From: Azolla caroliniana
Taxonomy: Eukaryota > Plantae > Polypodiophyta
DNA length: 64,000 nt
Direction: 5' to 3'
Assembly: GCA_043228905.1 (NCBI GenBank)
Contig: JBHGNT010000008.1
Location: forward strand, 4,154,001-4,218,000
The translations under genes were made by a program, and so were the position numbers. Positions 12,301 to 23,354 of this stretch are shown here, piece after piece. Position 1 is the first letter of the stretch. Each line of letters begins with the position of its first letter. The notes beneath the pieces are model-generated. The model was not told the DNA's origin and searched no databases. It saw only the letters and a list, made by a program, of their open reading frames with translations.

Positions 12301-13870
12301 TGACAGGATCTAGAGAGACTTTTATCAATTGCATTTGGTATACACAATTTAATACTTCATCATGATATCCTTTTCCAGCATACGCTGCAACTAGTGAATT
12401 CCACAAGACTACATCTTGGTTGTCTAGTTTGTCAAAAAGTTGTTTTGCTTCTGAAAGATACCCACATTTAGCATACATATCTACCAAAACACTAGAAATA
12501 AAATGATCCTTCTCAAATCCTTTCTTGACAATCTCAGAGTATACATCTTGCCCCCTACTAGCAACATTCATGTTACCACAAATTTTCAAGTAGCTTATGA
12601 AAGTGACATCATCTGGAGCTATCCCATCTTCTTGCATTCGCTCAAAACAATTCAATACCTTATCATCCAACACTTCTTCACTAAAACCTGTGATTAATGT
12701 GTTCCAAGAGACAACATCTCGATTTGCCAGTTTGTCAAATACGTAACGAGCTTCTTCGATGGATTGACATTTAATGTACATATCTACCAAAGCATTCCCA
12801 ATGAATGGATCTTCATGAAATCCCTTTTTAACAATGTCAGAATGTGCCTCTTGGCCTTTCTCAACGTTTCCCATGTTTCCACAAGCTTTCAAGCTACAAG
12901 TAAGAGTAACGCCATCAGGAGCAAAACCTCGTGATTGCATCTCACTCATATAAAACAGAGCTTTCTCATTGTGTCCATTATCTGCACATCCTGTGATAAG
13001 GGAAGTCCATGATATCACATCTTGTAGTTCCAGGTGATCAAATATTTCCCAAGCATCCTCCAACAACCCACATTTGGCATATGTGTCTACCAAAGTGTTG
13101 CTTGCAAAGAGGTCGGATTCAAGTCCTTTCTTCACAATGTCGGCATGAAGAAATTTCACCTTGTTTACATATCCCAAGCTACAACATATCTTCAAAGTAC
13201 AAATATATGTTATAACATTAGGAGAAACACCCTCTGATATCATTTCATCAAAAAAATGCAATGCTTCATTACCCCGTCCATTGTCTATATACCCAGATAT
13301 AAGGGCATTCCAGGCAACCACATCACGAATAGGCAAATCAACAAAAACCTTGGTTGCTTCGTCAATAAGACCACATTTTGCATACATAGAAACTAGAGTA
13401 CTACCAACAAATGGGTCTTTTTCGAATCCTTTTGAAGCGAGATCTATCCGAACTTTTCTTCCGTCATCTTCTTTCTTCATCTTAGAACAAGCTTTGAGAA
13501 TTGCCACAAATGTGTGCTTATTAGGTCTAACACAATCCATTTTTGAACTCTTATAAGCATCAATGGCTTGCTCTAACCTCCCACAATCCACATATCCTTG
13601 AATGAGATGGTTCCATGAATGATCACTTCTATGATTTAACTGAAGAAACAGTTGCTCCGCATTGCTTACACTTCCGCACTGCACAAATAACGGAACAAGG
13701 AAATTCCCCATCTCTGTTTGGATGCCATATTCACACAATTGTGTGTGTATGGATCTTGCTTGCGCTAGATTCTTGTCTTTCTTGCACTGGTAGATGATAT
13801 CCGCATAGTTCTGTAGAGAGGGTAAGTGGTGATCATCCATATGGGTCTGATTTATTATTGAAGAAGCCAT
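9395..13870 (-). CDS. Very long PLS-class PPR protein (~1490 aa, about 40 motifs) with E extension and no DYW domain; intronless
   Basis: 1501-codon ORF with ~13 S-type YAKCG-like motifs in PLS triplets. C-terminus FLCVINACSHGG, HYTCMIDLLGRAG, SLLGACQKW, ASFILISNIFA. ATG at 13870 (GCCATGG) preferred; alternative ATG at 13894. Confidence 0.95.
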   Translation of the reverse strand: MASSIINQTHMDDHHLPSLQNYADIIYQCKKDKNLAQARSIHTQLCEYGIQTEMGNFLVPLFVQCGSVSNAEQLFLQLNHRSDHSWNHLIQGYVDCGRLEQAIDAYKSSKMDCVRPNKHTFVAILKACSKMKKEDDGRKVRIDLASKGFEKDPFVGSTLVSMYAKCGLIDEATKVFVDLPIRDVVAWNALISGYIDNGRGNEALHFFDEMISEGVSPNVITYICTLKICCSLGYVNKVKFLHADIVKKGLESDLFASNTLVDTYAKCGLLEDAWEIFDHLELQDVISWTSLITGCADNGHNEKALFYMSEMQSRGFAPDGVTLTCSLKACGNMGNVEKGQEAHSDIVKKGFHEDPFIGNALVDMYIKCQSIEEARYVFDKLANRDVVSWNTLITGFSEEVLDDKVLNCFERMQEDGIAPDDVTFISYLKICGNMNVASRGQDVYSEIVKKGFEKDHFISSVLVDMYAKCGYLSEAKQLFDKLDNQDVVLWNSLVAAYAGKGYHDEVLNCVYQMQLIKVSLDPVTYALCLKSCGSVGCEDDSRYLHSEIVKRGFEIDSFIGNTLVDVYAKCGSHIEAKHVFDDLSARNVISWNSIISSFAEGEDVEQMFSCLEQMQLETLSPDSISFILMLKGCCNMRTLNKGREIHTLIIQKGFERDELIISALIDMYAECMSLSDAKFVFDSIPVHDVVSWTGLITAYAEFGFDEEVLVLLEEMKLKRLCPDVVTLMYFMRACGNSMAVVKGQEMHSDIVARGLEDEMLIYNNLVDMYVKFGLLIDAVEIFNRSPTQNSVSWSALIVGYSGEGLTGNVLHSLEQIELECVTFDPVTILCSLKAYGRLGFIDKGREIHIQLVKLGLDSRSIIINGLMDMYVQHGDLEEARKVFNESSVRDVVSWNLLITAYAEYGFDELARNQLEEMQTEFIAPNAVTFACILKCCVNRGTGLDIHMETVKKGFETDPVVSSILMDMYAKCGLLLESREIFNQIPFQDIVSWTTLIAGYGEHGDFGDVLGCLDEMHLKGLLPNPVTFVCILKACGSVREIDRGREFHSKITKLGFDFEEMLENPLLDMYAKCGSFLEAKYVIDEMQHQDVISWTTLISGYTEHGYAMKALNCYHIMQHNHISPNAVTFSCIMKACSMTSELLGGQKIHADIVKQGYERELVVSNSLILMYSKFGRRNEALETFDSMLVRDAISWSTLMACYADAGLCNEVFLCFQQMQIEGVAIDIIMWNSLLAVYANQGQCGLALVNYMQMQQQGILPDSTIIMTILRACGNASMLEGGKRIHAQTLVAIELMESREYLEAALIDMYGKCGCMTYAHNVFYSMPSRALVTWNTLLTCYARYGESDIVFRSLETMSQEGLQSDDITFLCVINACSHGGLVDQGQNYFERMSGEFGINPSVKHYTCMIDLLGRAGQLDEASELFKIMPFMHDRLVINSLLGACQKWDDVELGSETFGFIQNLDKMDHASFILISNIFAGGRSDKMKKKFVNA

Positions 13871-14209
13871 GGCACCTTCGCCTAAACCCAACATCTCCAA
13901 GAATCATGTGGCAACGTGATGCCTGCCTGTAGTGTGAGAGCAAATGCAAAGAGATTCAGATAATATGTGTACTGTTTGGAATCTACTGAAATGCATAAAT
14001 TATAATACACCTCTCTCTATATCTATGTATATACTATATATATTATATATACATACATGCCACGTGTCTATTAGGACACAAATCATAAAGAGGGCTGGTG
14101 AGGGAATCGCGGCCACAGACGGCGCAGGTTGCTCAGAGAAGGCGCGTGCGTGCGATCTGCACCGTCGAATTTCGATAAGGAAGAAGGCGCGAAAAATAAA
14201 CCTGTGTAG

Positions 14210-14400
14210 AGGTCGCCCAACCCTGTCAAAGGTTGCCCAATCGAAATATATTTTTAAAAGGGTCGCCCAACCAACTCAATAAAAGATGCATGTCGCCCAA
14301 ATGGTTGGGTGACCAGTTTAAGCAGGTTGCCCAACTGGTTTAGGGTTTATATTGAGTTGGTCACCCAACCAACTCAATAAAAGATGTAGGTCGCCCAACC
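14210..14400. repeat. Subterminal GGTCGCCCAA-motif array of the MULE left end
   Basis: About 8 copies of ggt(c/t)gcccaa-like motifs, one inverted (ttgggtgacc); one further copy near 14660. Confidence 0.75.
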
Positions 14401-15659
14401 AATGACTATAAAAGCCTGAAACCTGTCATTATCTCTCATTTTTTCAAATGAGATTGACAGGTTTCTTTTGCCGGGAAAGAGTTAGGCATCAGGTGGCTTG
14501 CAATCGACATATACAGCAATCATTCTCCTCCATCACTATTCTCAGGTATGTACTAAACCCTATTACATCACTTTTTCTGTTTTTTTTACATGTGGTAGGA
14601 ATAGTTGAGGGATTAGGGTTTGGAGTAGTTGAGGGATTACAATGATAAGTAGGTTGAGTTGGTCACCCAACCAACTCAATAAAATTTTATTCAATCATCT
14701 CTCTTTTTCATGTTTGTTTTTACAATAATCTCTCTCTTCTTAGCAGAAATATCTCTCTTTTTTTCATGTACTTCTGCAGCAAATTTTGTATTCATAAATC
14801 TCTAATTTGTAAATCTCTAATGTATTTCTTTATAAATCTCTAATTTGTTTTTGTTTATGTATTAATTTGTACACAATCTCAAGCATTCTGTATCAGAATA
14901 TTGAGAGGATTCTAGGAAAAATAGGGATATTAACAATCTTTCTGTTCTTCACATTATTTTTGTAATAATATTTCTCGTCTTTCCACAATAATCTTTATTT
15001 TCCATGTATGCGTTTTATGCACAATTCAATGGTTTTTCATCACGTCGGGGTACAATATCCATTATCCCTAATGTGGGCTATGATGATGATTTTTGCTTGT
15101 TTTTTGGGATTCAATTTGCATTGCTAGAAACTTAGGTTATAGTTGAAATTATAGAAAAATACTAGCCATTTTTGGGGGGATTTTGGGTTTCATTCGACAT
15201 TGTTACAACATAGACAAATGTTGAAATTCGAATTAATGTAAAATTATTCATCTTTAGGGACTAGGGCCTCATCCTACATAAACTTAATCATGTAAAAAGT
15301 ACTCATTTTATAGGACATTGGGATTTGAGTCTCATTCATGCTTAATCTAATTATTGCAACATGATAAGTAAAATATAACATATGGGGAGATTTGGAAGTG
15401 AGGGATTAGGGATTAGGGTTTAATTATTTGTTTGCTTAAACTTAATATTGTGTGTTTGAGTATTAAATTCAAAAAATGTTTGATTACTTGAATGGTGGTA
15501 GATGGCTTCCAAGTCCAAGTACAAAGATTGGTGAGATTTCGATAACAGTGACATATATCCAACTCAAGAGAGGTATGTCACGAACAATCTCCCCTCATAC
15601 TGGTTTAGGGTTTGATGCATGTATGTTGACTCGTGATTTGTTAAAGGGTCTTCGTTAGA

Positions 15660-17557
15660 AGACATTGGCAAAATTCGTCAACCAACATGCGTACGAGTGT
15701 GGAGAGAATGGATCAGACACATGCGCCTCAGATCGAGCCCATACATGCTATGGCAACATTCGACCAAGATGCTCCTCCAAATGGTATGTGGATTTGGTGT
15801 CGTTGCAATATGTCAATCTTTATGCCAATCTTTATGTCAATCTTTATGCCAATCTTTATGTCAATCTTAAATATGTAACACATACAGAAGGAACAGATGT
15901 TCCTCGCCCAGATTCGAGGGAACAAGGCTCGTGCGCGTATCTATACTGAGTATTGCTGCCTCTCGTTAAGGTGGTATCGCAAAAAAAGTGACATGGAATC
16001 ACATTTACGCAAGGAACATGGAATAGACATAGTCCTACCACGCGTGATGCGTATAGAGGAGGAGGGTATTCCGGGGGCATGCTTTAATAGCTATGAGCGT
16101 TAGAGATCACTAAGAAGATTCATGGACCTCGAAATCAAGTACAACAGAAATTGGCAAACATATATCCGGAAGTTGAAGGTTAGGGTTGTTTCGAGGTACA
16201 ACTCTATTCCTGCTGAACTCCATCTTAACATAGAGGCAGAGTTCGTGGCACGATTTATGGACAACGAGATGGCCATATATGACCCCAAAAAGGATGAGCG
16301 TTTGGAGATGTTGACGAAGAAGATAGCATCCGGTTTGGATTCTTATGTAAGTATGAGCGAGGATTTCATTTCAGATATGTGTTGGAGGGTGGGTTTATTG
16401 GTAGAATTCAGATAATAACATATGTCTTATTGTGGTGAAACAATGTAAAAAGGCGGGGATATCCACCCAACCGCAGGGTGTGTCCACGGATGCGGATGAG
16501 GCTCTAAACCCATCTGAGGGTGGTGTGTCCACTGCACCGAGACGGAGACGACAGAAGATGCCAGTCCGACAGAAGGAGGTCAAGTCAAACACTGATGTTT
16601 ATTCCCTAACATCAGATTTAGATGACGTTGCATCGGATGTGGCCATAGTTCAAATTCAGCATGGCAAGGGCATAAGGTTACGGATCCAAACACCAAATAA
16701 ACACTTTTCCAGGTAGGGTTTATGTGAAATATAAACTAGTATCCTACTAACTGACATGGGGTGTGATGTACCTACTCAAACTACATATTTCTATGCATTC
16801 AGGTACCAGTTGACCTGCCAACGCCTCGATTTGGCCCTTGACGTTGGCAGTTCAGTTGGTACCTGAATGCATAGAAATATGTAGTTTGAGTAGGTACATC
16901 ACACCCCATGTCAATTAGTAGGATACTAGTTTATATTTCACATAAACCCTACTTGGAAAAGTGTTTATTTGGTGTTTGGATCCATAACCTTATGCCCTTG
17001 CCACGCTGAATTTGAACTATGGCCCTCCTTAGGAAGGTGGTTGAATGTGATTTTATGTTCATTCCGATCGTGCTTGACGGGCATTGGGTGTTGTGGACAA
17101 AGATGCGATAGAAAGTTTCTAAGCTAACTAGCAAAGTAGTCTTTTGCGATCCATTGAACAACGCAATGACTGACAACATGCGGAGAATGGTAGAGTTGGC
17201 GATTCGGAAAATTTCATCTGAACCGTCAGACCACACCATTGTGCCCAAGGGTCGACAACACGTATTGCACATCCCAACTCAGCCAAATTGTTGGGATTGT
17301 GGCTTTTACGTGATGAAGACTATCCAAATGTTGGTGGGGGAGTTCTTACAAGGATGGATATCTCCAACTTTTGTAAGTGTAATTGCAATGCTTTATTCAT
17401 GTGGATTGTGTATAGATGTGTTCTTATACATATTTGGTTACAGGGCACAGAGATGTGGTTCACCAAACGCGAAGTGGATTCACTTCGGATTCATGTGGAC
17501 GAGTGGGCACGAAGGGTACTAGGATTTGCACCTGCGACCGGTGGCTCCATATTGTAA
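15660..17557 (+). pseudogene. MULE accessory gene remnant: multi-exon, zinc-finger-like segment plus Ulp1-like (C48) protease C-terminus
   Basis: Fragments YCCLSLRWYRKKSDMESHLRKEH (C2H2-like) and FIPIVLDGHWVL...FCDPL...TQPNCWDCGFYVM (His/Asp/Gln/Cys of the Ulp1 fold). GT-AG introns and internal stops; interrupted by the inverted duplication. Confidence 0.7.
16641..17024. repeat. Near-perfect inverted repeat (183-bp arms, 18-nt loop)
   Basis: 16641-16823 is the reverse complement of 16842-17024 with 7 mismatches by manual alignment; loop cctcgatttggcccttga. Confidence 0.97.
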
Positions 17558-17699
17558 ATTTTGTGAATGTTGTTTTCAACACAGATTTTGCTATAGAGCT
17601 GATGTTGTAACTATATTTTGGAATACACACAAATTTTGTGTAGTGAGAATTGACTCATTGTATATTGCGATTACTTATTAATGGAAATGTTGTTTACAA

Positions 17700-17875
17700 C
17701 AAGTGTTTATGTCAAGTTGATTTGTTGTTTTAAACCAATCACAAGTTGTGATCTAAAGTTGATTTGCTATTTTAAACCAATCTAAGTTGTGATCTAAAGT
17801 TGATTTGCTGTTTTAAAAGTTTCTCAAGTTGTGATCTCCAATAGATTTGATGTTTTAACCAATCTCAAGTTGTTT
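17700..17875. repeat. Degenerate ~40-bp tandem repeat at the junction before the transposase
   Basis: 4-5 copies resembling caagttgtgatctaaagttgatttgct.ttttaaaccaatc. Confidence 0.8.
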
Positions 17876-19616
17876 ACCAAAGGAGGTCAATAACATGGCC
17901 AACAAGTTAAAATTTGGGAGTGCCATGTCAAGGGTTGATTGGTCTTTGATGATGCAAGATGCCTATGCCCTCCAAGATCTTGGGAAGGTGGCTCATGTCC
18001 AACCCTACTTGCTTGGTGAATATGGATCTCTTGCAAGGGAACCATTCATCTTGGTGCTCCAAGATGAATGGATGTTAGAGATGTGTGAGCGATTGTCAAT
18101 AACCAACTCTTGGGCAATCGACTTCATGTTTAAAACAAACCAATTTGGCTTGCCATTATATGCAATTGTGGCCCCAAATGCCATGGGAGTTGGTATCCCA
18201 TTATGGTACATGATATGTAGTTCTAATAAGGGGTCTAACCATGAGCAAGTAGCTTTAGAAACTTGCTTGAGAGTCATATTCGCACGGATGCCCAATGTGA
18301 GGCCAAATGCCATAGTCATCGATAAAAGTTGGACATCATATAATGCCATAAGTAATGTGGTTGCAATAGACCGATTATCTTGGATAGTTACAAATGGGCA
18401 AAGGTCGCAAACACGTTGTCGACTTTTGTTGTGTCACTTCCACGCAAAAAAAACATGGTTGGACAACTTGTTGCCAAAGGTAAGTGCAACTGAGAGAAAC
18501 CATCTTTATAATCGGATGTGCCAACTCATGCAATGCATTATGGAATCCACATTCAATGCCCAATGTGAGGAGTTAAAGGTAGAATATGCAAACAAGCTAG
18601 GTGTTTGGCAATATATAGAAGGATGATGGTGTGGCTTGACATGTGTGTGGAGGAAACTCTGGCCCAAATTTGGTAGAATGTTCAATTACGGACATGTTGA
18701 CACTACCAATCTTGTGGAGAGACATTGGTAGTTTATCAAATATACTGCCTTAAGAGGGAGGATAAACCGATTAATTACCGATCTTGTGCATGTTTTAATC
18801 GGGGGCAGTCAAATTGGCACTTGCATCGAGGGTACTGTTATTGAATGGTACAAGCAATGACAAGAAATATGTGAGAGTGGTAGATTTGCACCACGTGCAA
18901 ATTGTAGGGATCAAACAACAAGACTTAAAGAGGCCGAAAGGCTACTAGAGGTATGAAACGAATGATGCAACAATGCATATTGTGGACGAGCCCCAATATT
19001 GGTTTAAAATATTGAGCTTGACAAAACTGAATGTATGGTATAATGTACATCGCTCCAATGTTCATATTGTGATTGCCAAGACCCTATAAGTAAATGTAAG
19101 CATATACGCGGCATCAGGATGATTATTGAGAGGCACATGCCACATCTATGTGGGTCGTTGCCTTTTATAGATCATGCAACCCATATGCGCAATGACCATT
19201 TCACAAAAACGGAAGTGGAGACAGAGGTAGAACCAGTCGAGGAGACAAACCTTATAACATCACAAATGGAGGAATGGGAGTCGAAAATACAAACGGTTGA
19301 GGGGGCTATTCAATGTCTTAGGCAAGGGTTACAATCTCGCGACCGTGCAACAATTTTGGCATGTATGGAGTCCATTGAAGAAATAGGTCAGACATTGGTG
19401 TATCACCTAGGTGCACCAAAACCAACCAATGAAGAAGACCGTGAATCCATAAGGCGTAAGCAAGCAATTGGTGCAAAAAGGGGAGCATCAATCAACCTTT
19501 CACAAGATCTTATTGGCAGCTCCCCAAACACTTCCAAGGCACACACAGGAAAAATGCAAAGAGGCGCAAGTCGAGCTAGGAGGCGATTGCCAATATGTGC
19601 TACAAAGAAGATGTGA
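17871..19616 (+). pseudogene. MULE-type DDE transposase with SWIM finger, 5'-truncated and disabled
   Basis: WAIDFMFKTNQFGLPLYA (first D), AIVIDKS (second D), LLLCHFHAKK (CxxH), DTTNLVERHW (E), then YCDCQDPISKCKH (SWIM-like). In-frame stops near 18624 and 18728, with frameshifts downstream. Confidence 0.85.
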
Positions 19617-20250
19617 TGCTTGCCTTGCGATGCCTTGACCTTTAGATCAAGGGACTCAAATGTTGATTGTTGCAAGAATTGTGGTCGCATCTTGCCATCA
19701 TCTCCGGATGAGCCATAAACATAGCTTGAGTGGTTTTGCGGACCGGTGCATTTGGATTTGCACCATCCGATGTGGGGAAAAAAAACGCGCGAAGAAATCG
19801 TCACTTTTTGGGGAGCCCGACTAGGATCCCTACTGTCTGACAACCTTTGTAACTAGGAGCCCGACTTTATCAAAAGGAGCCCCGCTCATTATTAATGAGC
19901 ACTAATTATAAAAACCCTGAATCACTCATTTTGAACCTATTTTGAAAAGAGAGTTTTAGGGTATTTGGAGGGAAGAATCAGAGAGGAGCACCACTTTCCA
20001 TCAAAATCAGAGAGGTACAACACTTTCCGCCAGAATCCGGGAGGAGCACCACTTTCTGCCAACGAGCACTTCCCAACCACCTACATTCGATCTGCAAAAT
20101 GAAGGCAATAATAGGTATGTATTTTCATGGTTAATTTTTATGTTTTACATCGTTTAGGGTTTCTTTTCATTTACATTTGATCACATGGTTCCATATTCTA
20201 ACATGTATCATATAAATGCATTGTTATAATTTCAGCATCAATATGATGAA

Positions 20251-20660
20251 ATGTTGAGGAGGAGCCCAATAGTCTATTGTGACCCGTTGAATAATCCACC
20301 GACAGTCAGCTTGAAGACATTGGGTGATTTGGTGATACATCATATCTCTACTGTTGCACCTGACCATTGCATCATTAGCGACGAGCGGCATCATGTATTG
20401 CATATCTTGACCCAATCCAATGGGACAGATTGTGGGTTTTACGTGATGGTTACAATTTGGATGATGGTTGAGGAGTTCATTCAAGGATCCGATTCAACAA
20501 ATTTTGTAAGTATGGCCCAAGTATTGAATAATGGCATTTGTTATTGTAAAAGCTGCAGCAAATGTGTGCATTGGTGTAGGGTAAGGAGCAATGGTTCAGA
20601 TTCGAAGATGTGGAGCTCCTTCGAAAATGTTGGCAAAATGGGCATTAACCGGAGGAAATG
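20251..20660 (+). pseudogene. Second Ulp1-like protease remnant
   Basis: IVYCDPLNN...HVLHILTQSNGTDCGFYVM, paralogous to 17140-17372, with an intron at the same position (NF|gtaagt versus TF|gtaagt). Confidence 0.75.
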
Positions 20661-22380
20661 TTATACTTTGTAACATAAAATATATGATATCGGTGTATTA
20701 TCAAGATTTTTTGTATCAATTTTTTGTAACAATGCTGTAAATCTTTTTAGTACGTTGGAACCAAGGCTACCAACCTTTTTTGCATATTGTAACCAAGGCA
20801 ACTTGAATGATCGTGGCCTATTGTAAATGGTTGATTTTGTAATATGGCATCTATACGTCTTGTGTATCTTCTTCTTGCCTCTTATTTGTAACATGGATGT
20901 AAAGCTTGTTTATATGAAATTGTTTGTATACATGCTGATGAGTTCTGATTCTATTCAGAGGATGAAGTTTTGATTTTTCGGTTTTTGTATGCAATGGATT
21001 TTGTTTAGAGGATATGATTAATTGACAACATGAGTAATGCAATGGATTTACTTATGATACACTCTTATGCCAATGGATTTACTTGTGATCTACTCTGAGG
21101 GTGATGATCTACTTTTTTGTAACCAAAACTGATGATGATGTATATGGATTTTGTAATATCAAAATCAATATTTGAATCTCATTTTGGTTGTATCTGACTC
21201 AATGTGGAGTCAGATCTATTTTATAGTTCTGTTTGGTGTTCTTTGATAGGAAAGTCCAATAACTTGTGCCTTCATATATTTGCCTTCATTAAATTGAGTA
21301 AGATCTTGAGGAGTTTGAGACATTGGATTAAGACTTCTATTTGATTATCACTTTATTATACTTAGTCCATGATACATATTGTTAATATAGTCTCACGGGT
21401 TATCAATCTCTATGCATAAAAAATGTCACTAGATCTCCAATGACATTAAGTTTCAAGTTTCAAATAAGGGTTAATGTTGAAAATTCTGTTTGAAATCCTA
21501 AAAAACCATTTTGTTCTATGTATATATTTTTTACACAAGTTTGTATCTATGAACTAAAACTACATATTGGGGCATCTTTATGTGACACATTTTTGCTCAT
21601 TTTTTCTCACGTTGTTATATTTCTTTGTGAAGCAAACATAAATCACAACTTTGTTATGTTATACATGTAGTTGCACTGAAAAGGCCATCATGGTAATATC
21701 TCAATGTTCTTATATGAATAGCCATTGATTTATTGTATGGATCTTGGGTGTGTTAAACCAAGGATTTTCTGTTCAATGCTCAAAAAGGGTCACAATTCAA
21801 TCTTATAGACAATCCTACAAGAATACTAATATATGAGTTCAATACATGCTAAACTTGTCCTATTATCATGAGATATTGTAGTTGCGTAATGTTAAGAGAG
21901 AATGGAGTAGAATAGAATCTATTCTTATTTTCCATTCAGCAAATTTCGATCTATGGGAGCAATTAAACATGTCATCATATATGTGATCCCTTGTGAAGGG
22001 GGTTTGCTATTTTGTAGTTAAAAATTGTGTGAAGGTAATTAATGTGCTTATATGCTCATCCTTCTTGGTGGGATTTGAGTATCATGCTTCTCTTGTACGA
22101 CATCATACTTATTGCATCCGATGAGCATGTGAGAATGATATTCACCATCCACAAGGTTTTCTATGCATACCTTGTATATATTCAAAATTGGGTAGTATTA
22201 TATTGATACAGGTACTCTAGAGGGATGTATGTATGGAAATTTATTTTTACACCCTAATAAGGAATCTTTCTTGTGGAATTGAAATGTTATAGGTGCCACT
22301 GTTTTTTGTACTCTTTAGTAGTTGTTTGCTATGTCTATTTAACCTTGGAAATTCCAAGTGGTGTCCAATGCTTCCTACAA

Positions 22381-22708
22381 GTTTGAAAATGTGAATGTGT
22401 TATTGTGTCATTTCTTCTTGTGTTGATTGATGATCCATAGGTAGTAGTATTCCATGGTAGAAAGTCAAAGAACCAAGAAAATGCCCAAATTATGAAAGCT
22501 AACTTTACATGGAACATGAGTGAGTTGCATACTATTGTGAATAGAGTGAATGAGTGAGTTTGAAAATGTGAGTGTGTCATTGTGTCATTTCTTCTTGTTT
22601 TGCCTCATGATCCATAGGTAGAGTATTCCATGGTATAAAGTCAAAGAATCAAGAAAAAACCCAAATTACGAGAGTTAACTTAAATTGGAACATGAGTGAG
22701 TTGCATAT
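22381..22708. repeat. ~150-bp direct duplication inside the MULE
   Basis: gtttgaaaatgtga.tgtgt.attgtgtcatttcttcttg...ggaacatgagtgagttgcata at 22381 and 22558. Confidence 0.85.
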
Positions 22709-23354
22709 TAAAGTGACAATCACCATAGCCCAAATGGTAAGAGCTAATTTTACTTAAACAAAAGTGTTAAGGGCAGGATGCGGATTAGAAGGATCATAGG
22801 GTAAAAGATCTACAATTGCAAAAGACAAGAATTCATCACGTTGTAACTTGTAAAGACGAGAATTCAATACCACTATTACGACCCTTAAATGTAAATGAAG
22901 TGTAAAGTGACTAACCAAATGTTGAAACCCTAATAAAGAAAGTAATCGAAGAAGAAAAAAAAACCAAAGAGAAAGAATTAAAAAGAAGAAGGATTTGAAC
23001 CATAAACCTAGCAAAACTTAAGGATAACTCTAACCAATACCCTATTCATTTTTATTTTATTATATTGCTATATTATTCTTTACTACTTTTACTTTTTTGA
23101 ACAATTGCGCTCCTTTTGACAAAGTCGGGCCCTGGTGACAGAGGTTGTCAAACAACGAGGCTCCTGGTGACAGACGTTGTTAGCTTTTTATCAAGATTGG
23201 ACGGTGGAGATCACACACACCATCAATTGAGTGGCCTGCACCGTCCGCGCTCGCGATTCCCTCACTTGCCCTCTTTAATTTTTGGTAGTAGTTAGACACG
23301 AGCATCTATCCATCTATATACACACATAAATGCATGCATGCATACATACATATA

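Larger units (their letters stand above)
14063..23300 (+). mobile_element. Composite, decayed Mutator-like (MULE) DNA transposon
   Basis: Imperfect ~115-bp TIRs: left cgtgtctatt...taaagagggctggtgagggaatcgcg...gatctgcaccgtcgaat versus reverse complement of right cgtgtctaac...taaagagggcaagtgagggaatcgcg...gatctccaccgtccaat. Internal DDE/SWIM transposase and Ulp1 remnants. No convincing TSD. Confidence 0.8.

Noticed and set aside
10278-13797. Many short + strand ORFs inside the long PPR
   Set aside because: Antisense shadows of a long coding sequence with no independent motifs.
14061-23302. CACTA classification of the large element (left end can be read as starting CAC)
   Set aside because: Termini are not CACTA/CACTG, there is no 3-bp TSD, and the transposase motifs (D-D-CxxH-E plus SWIM) are Mutator-type.
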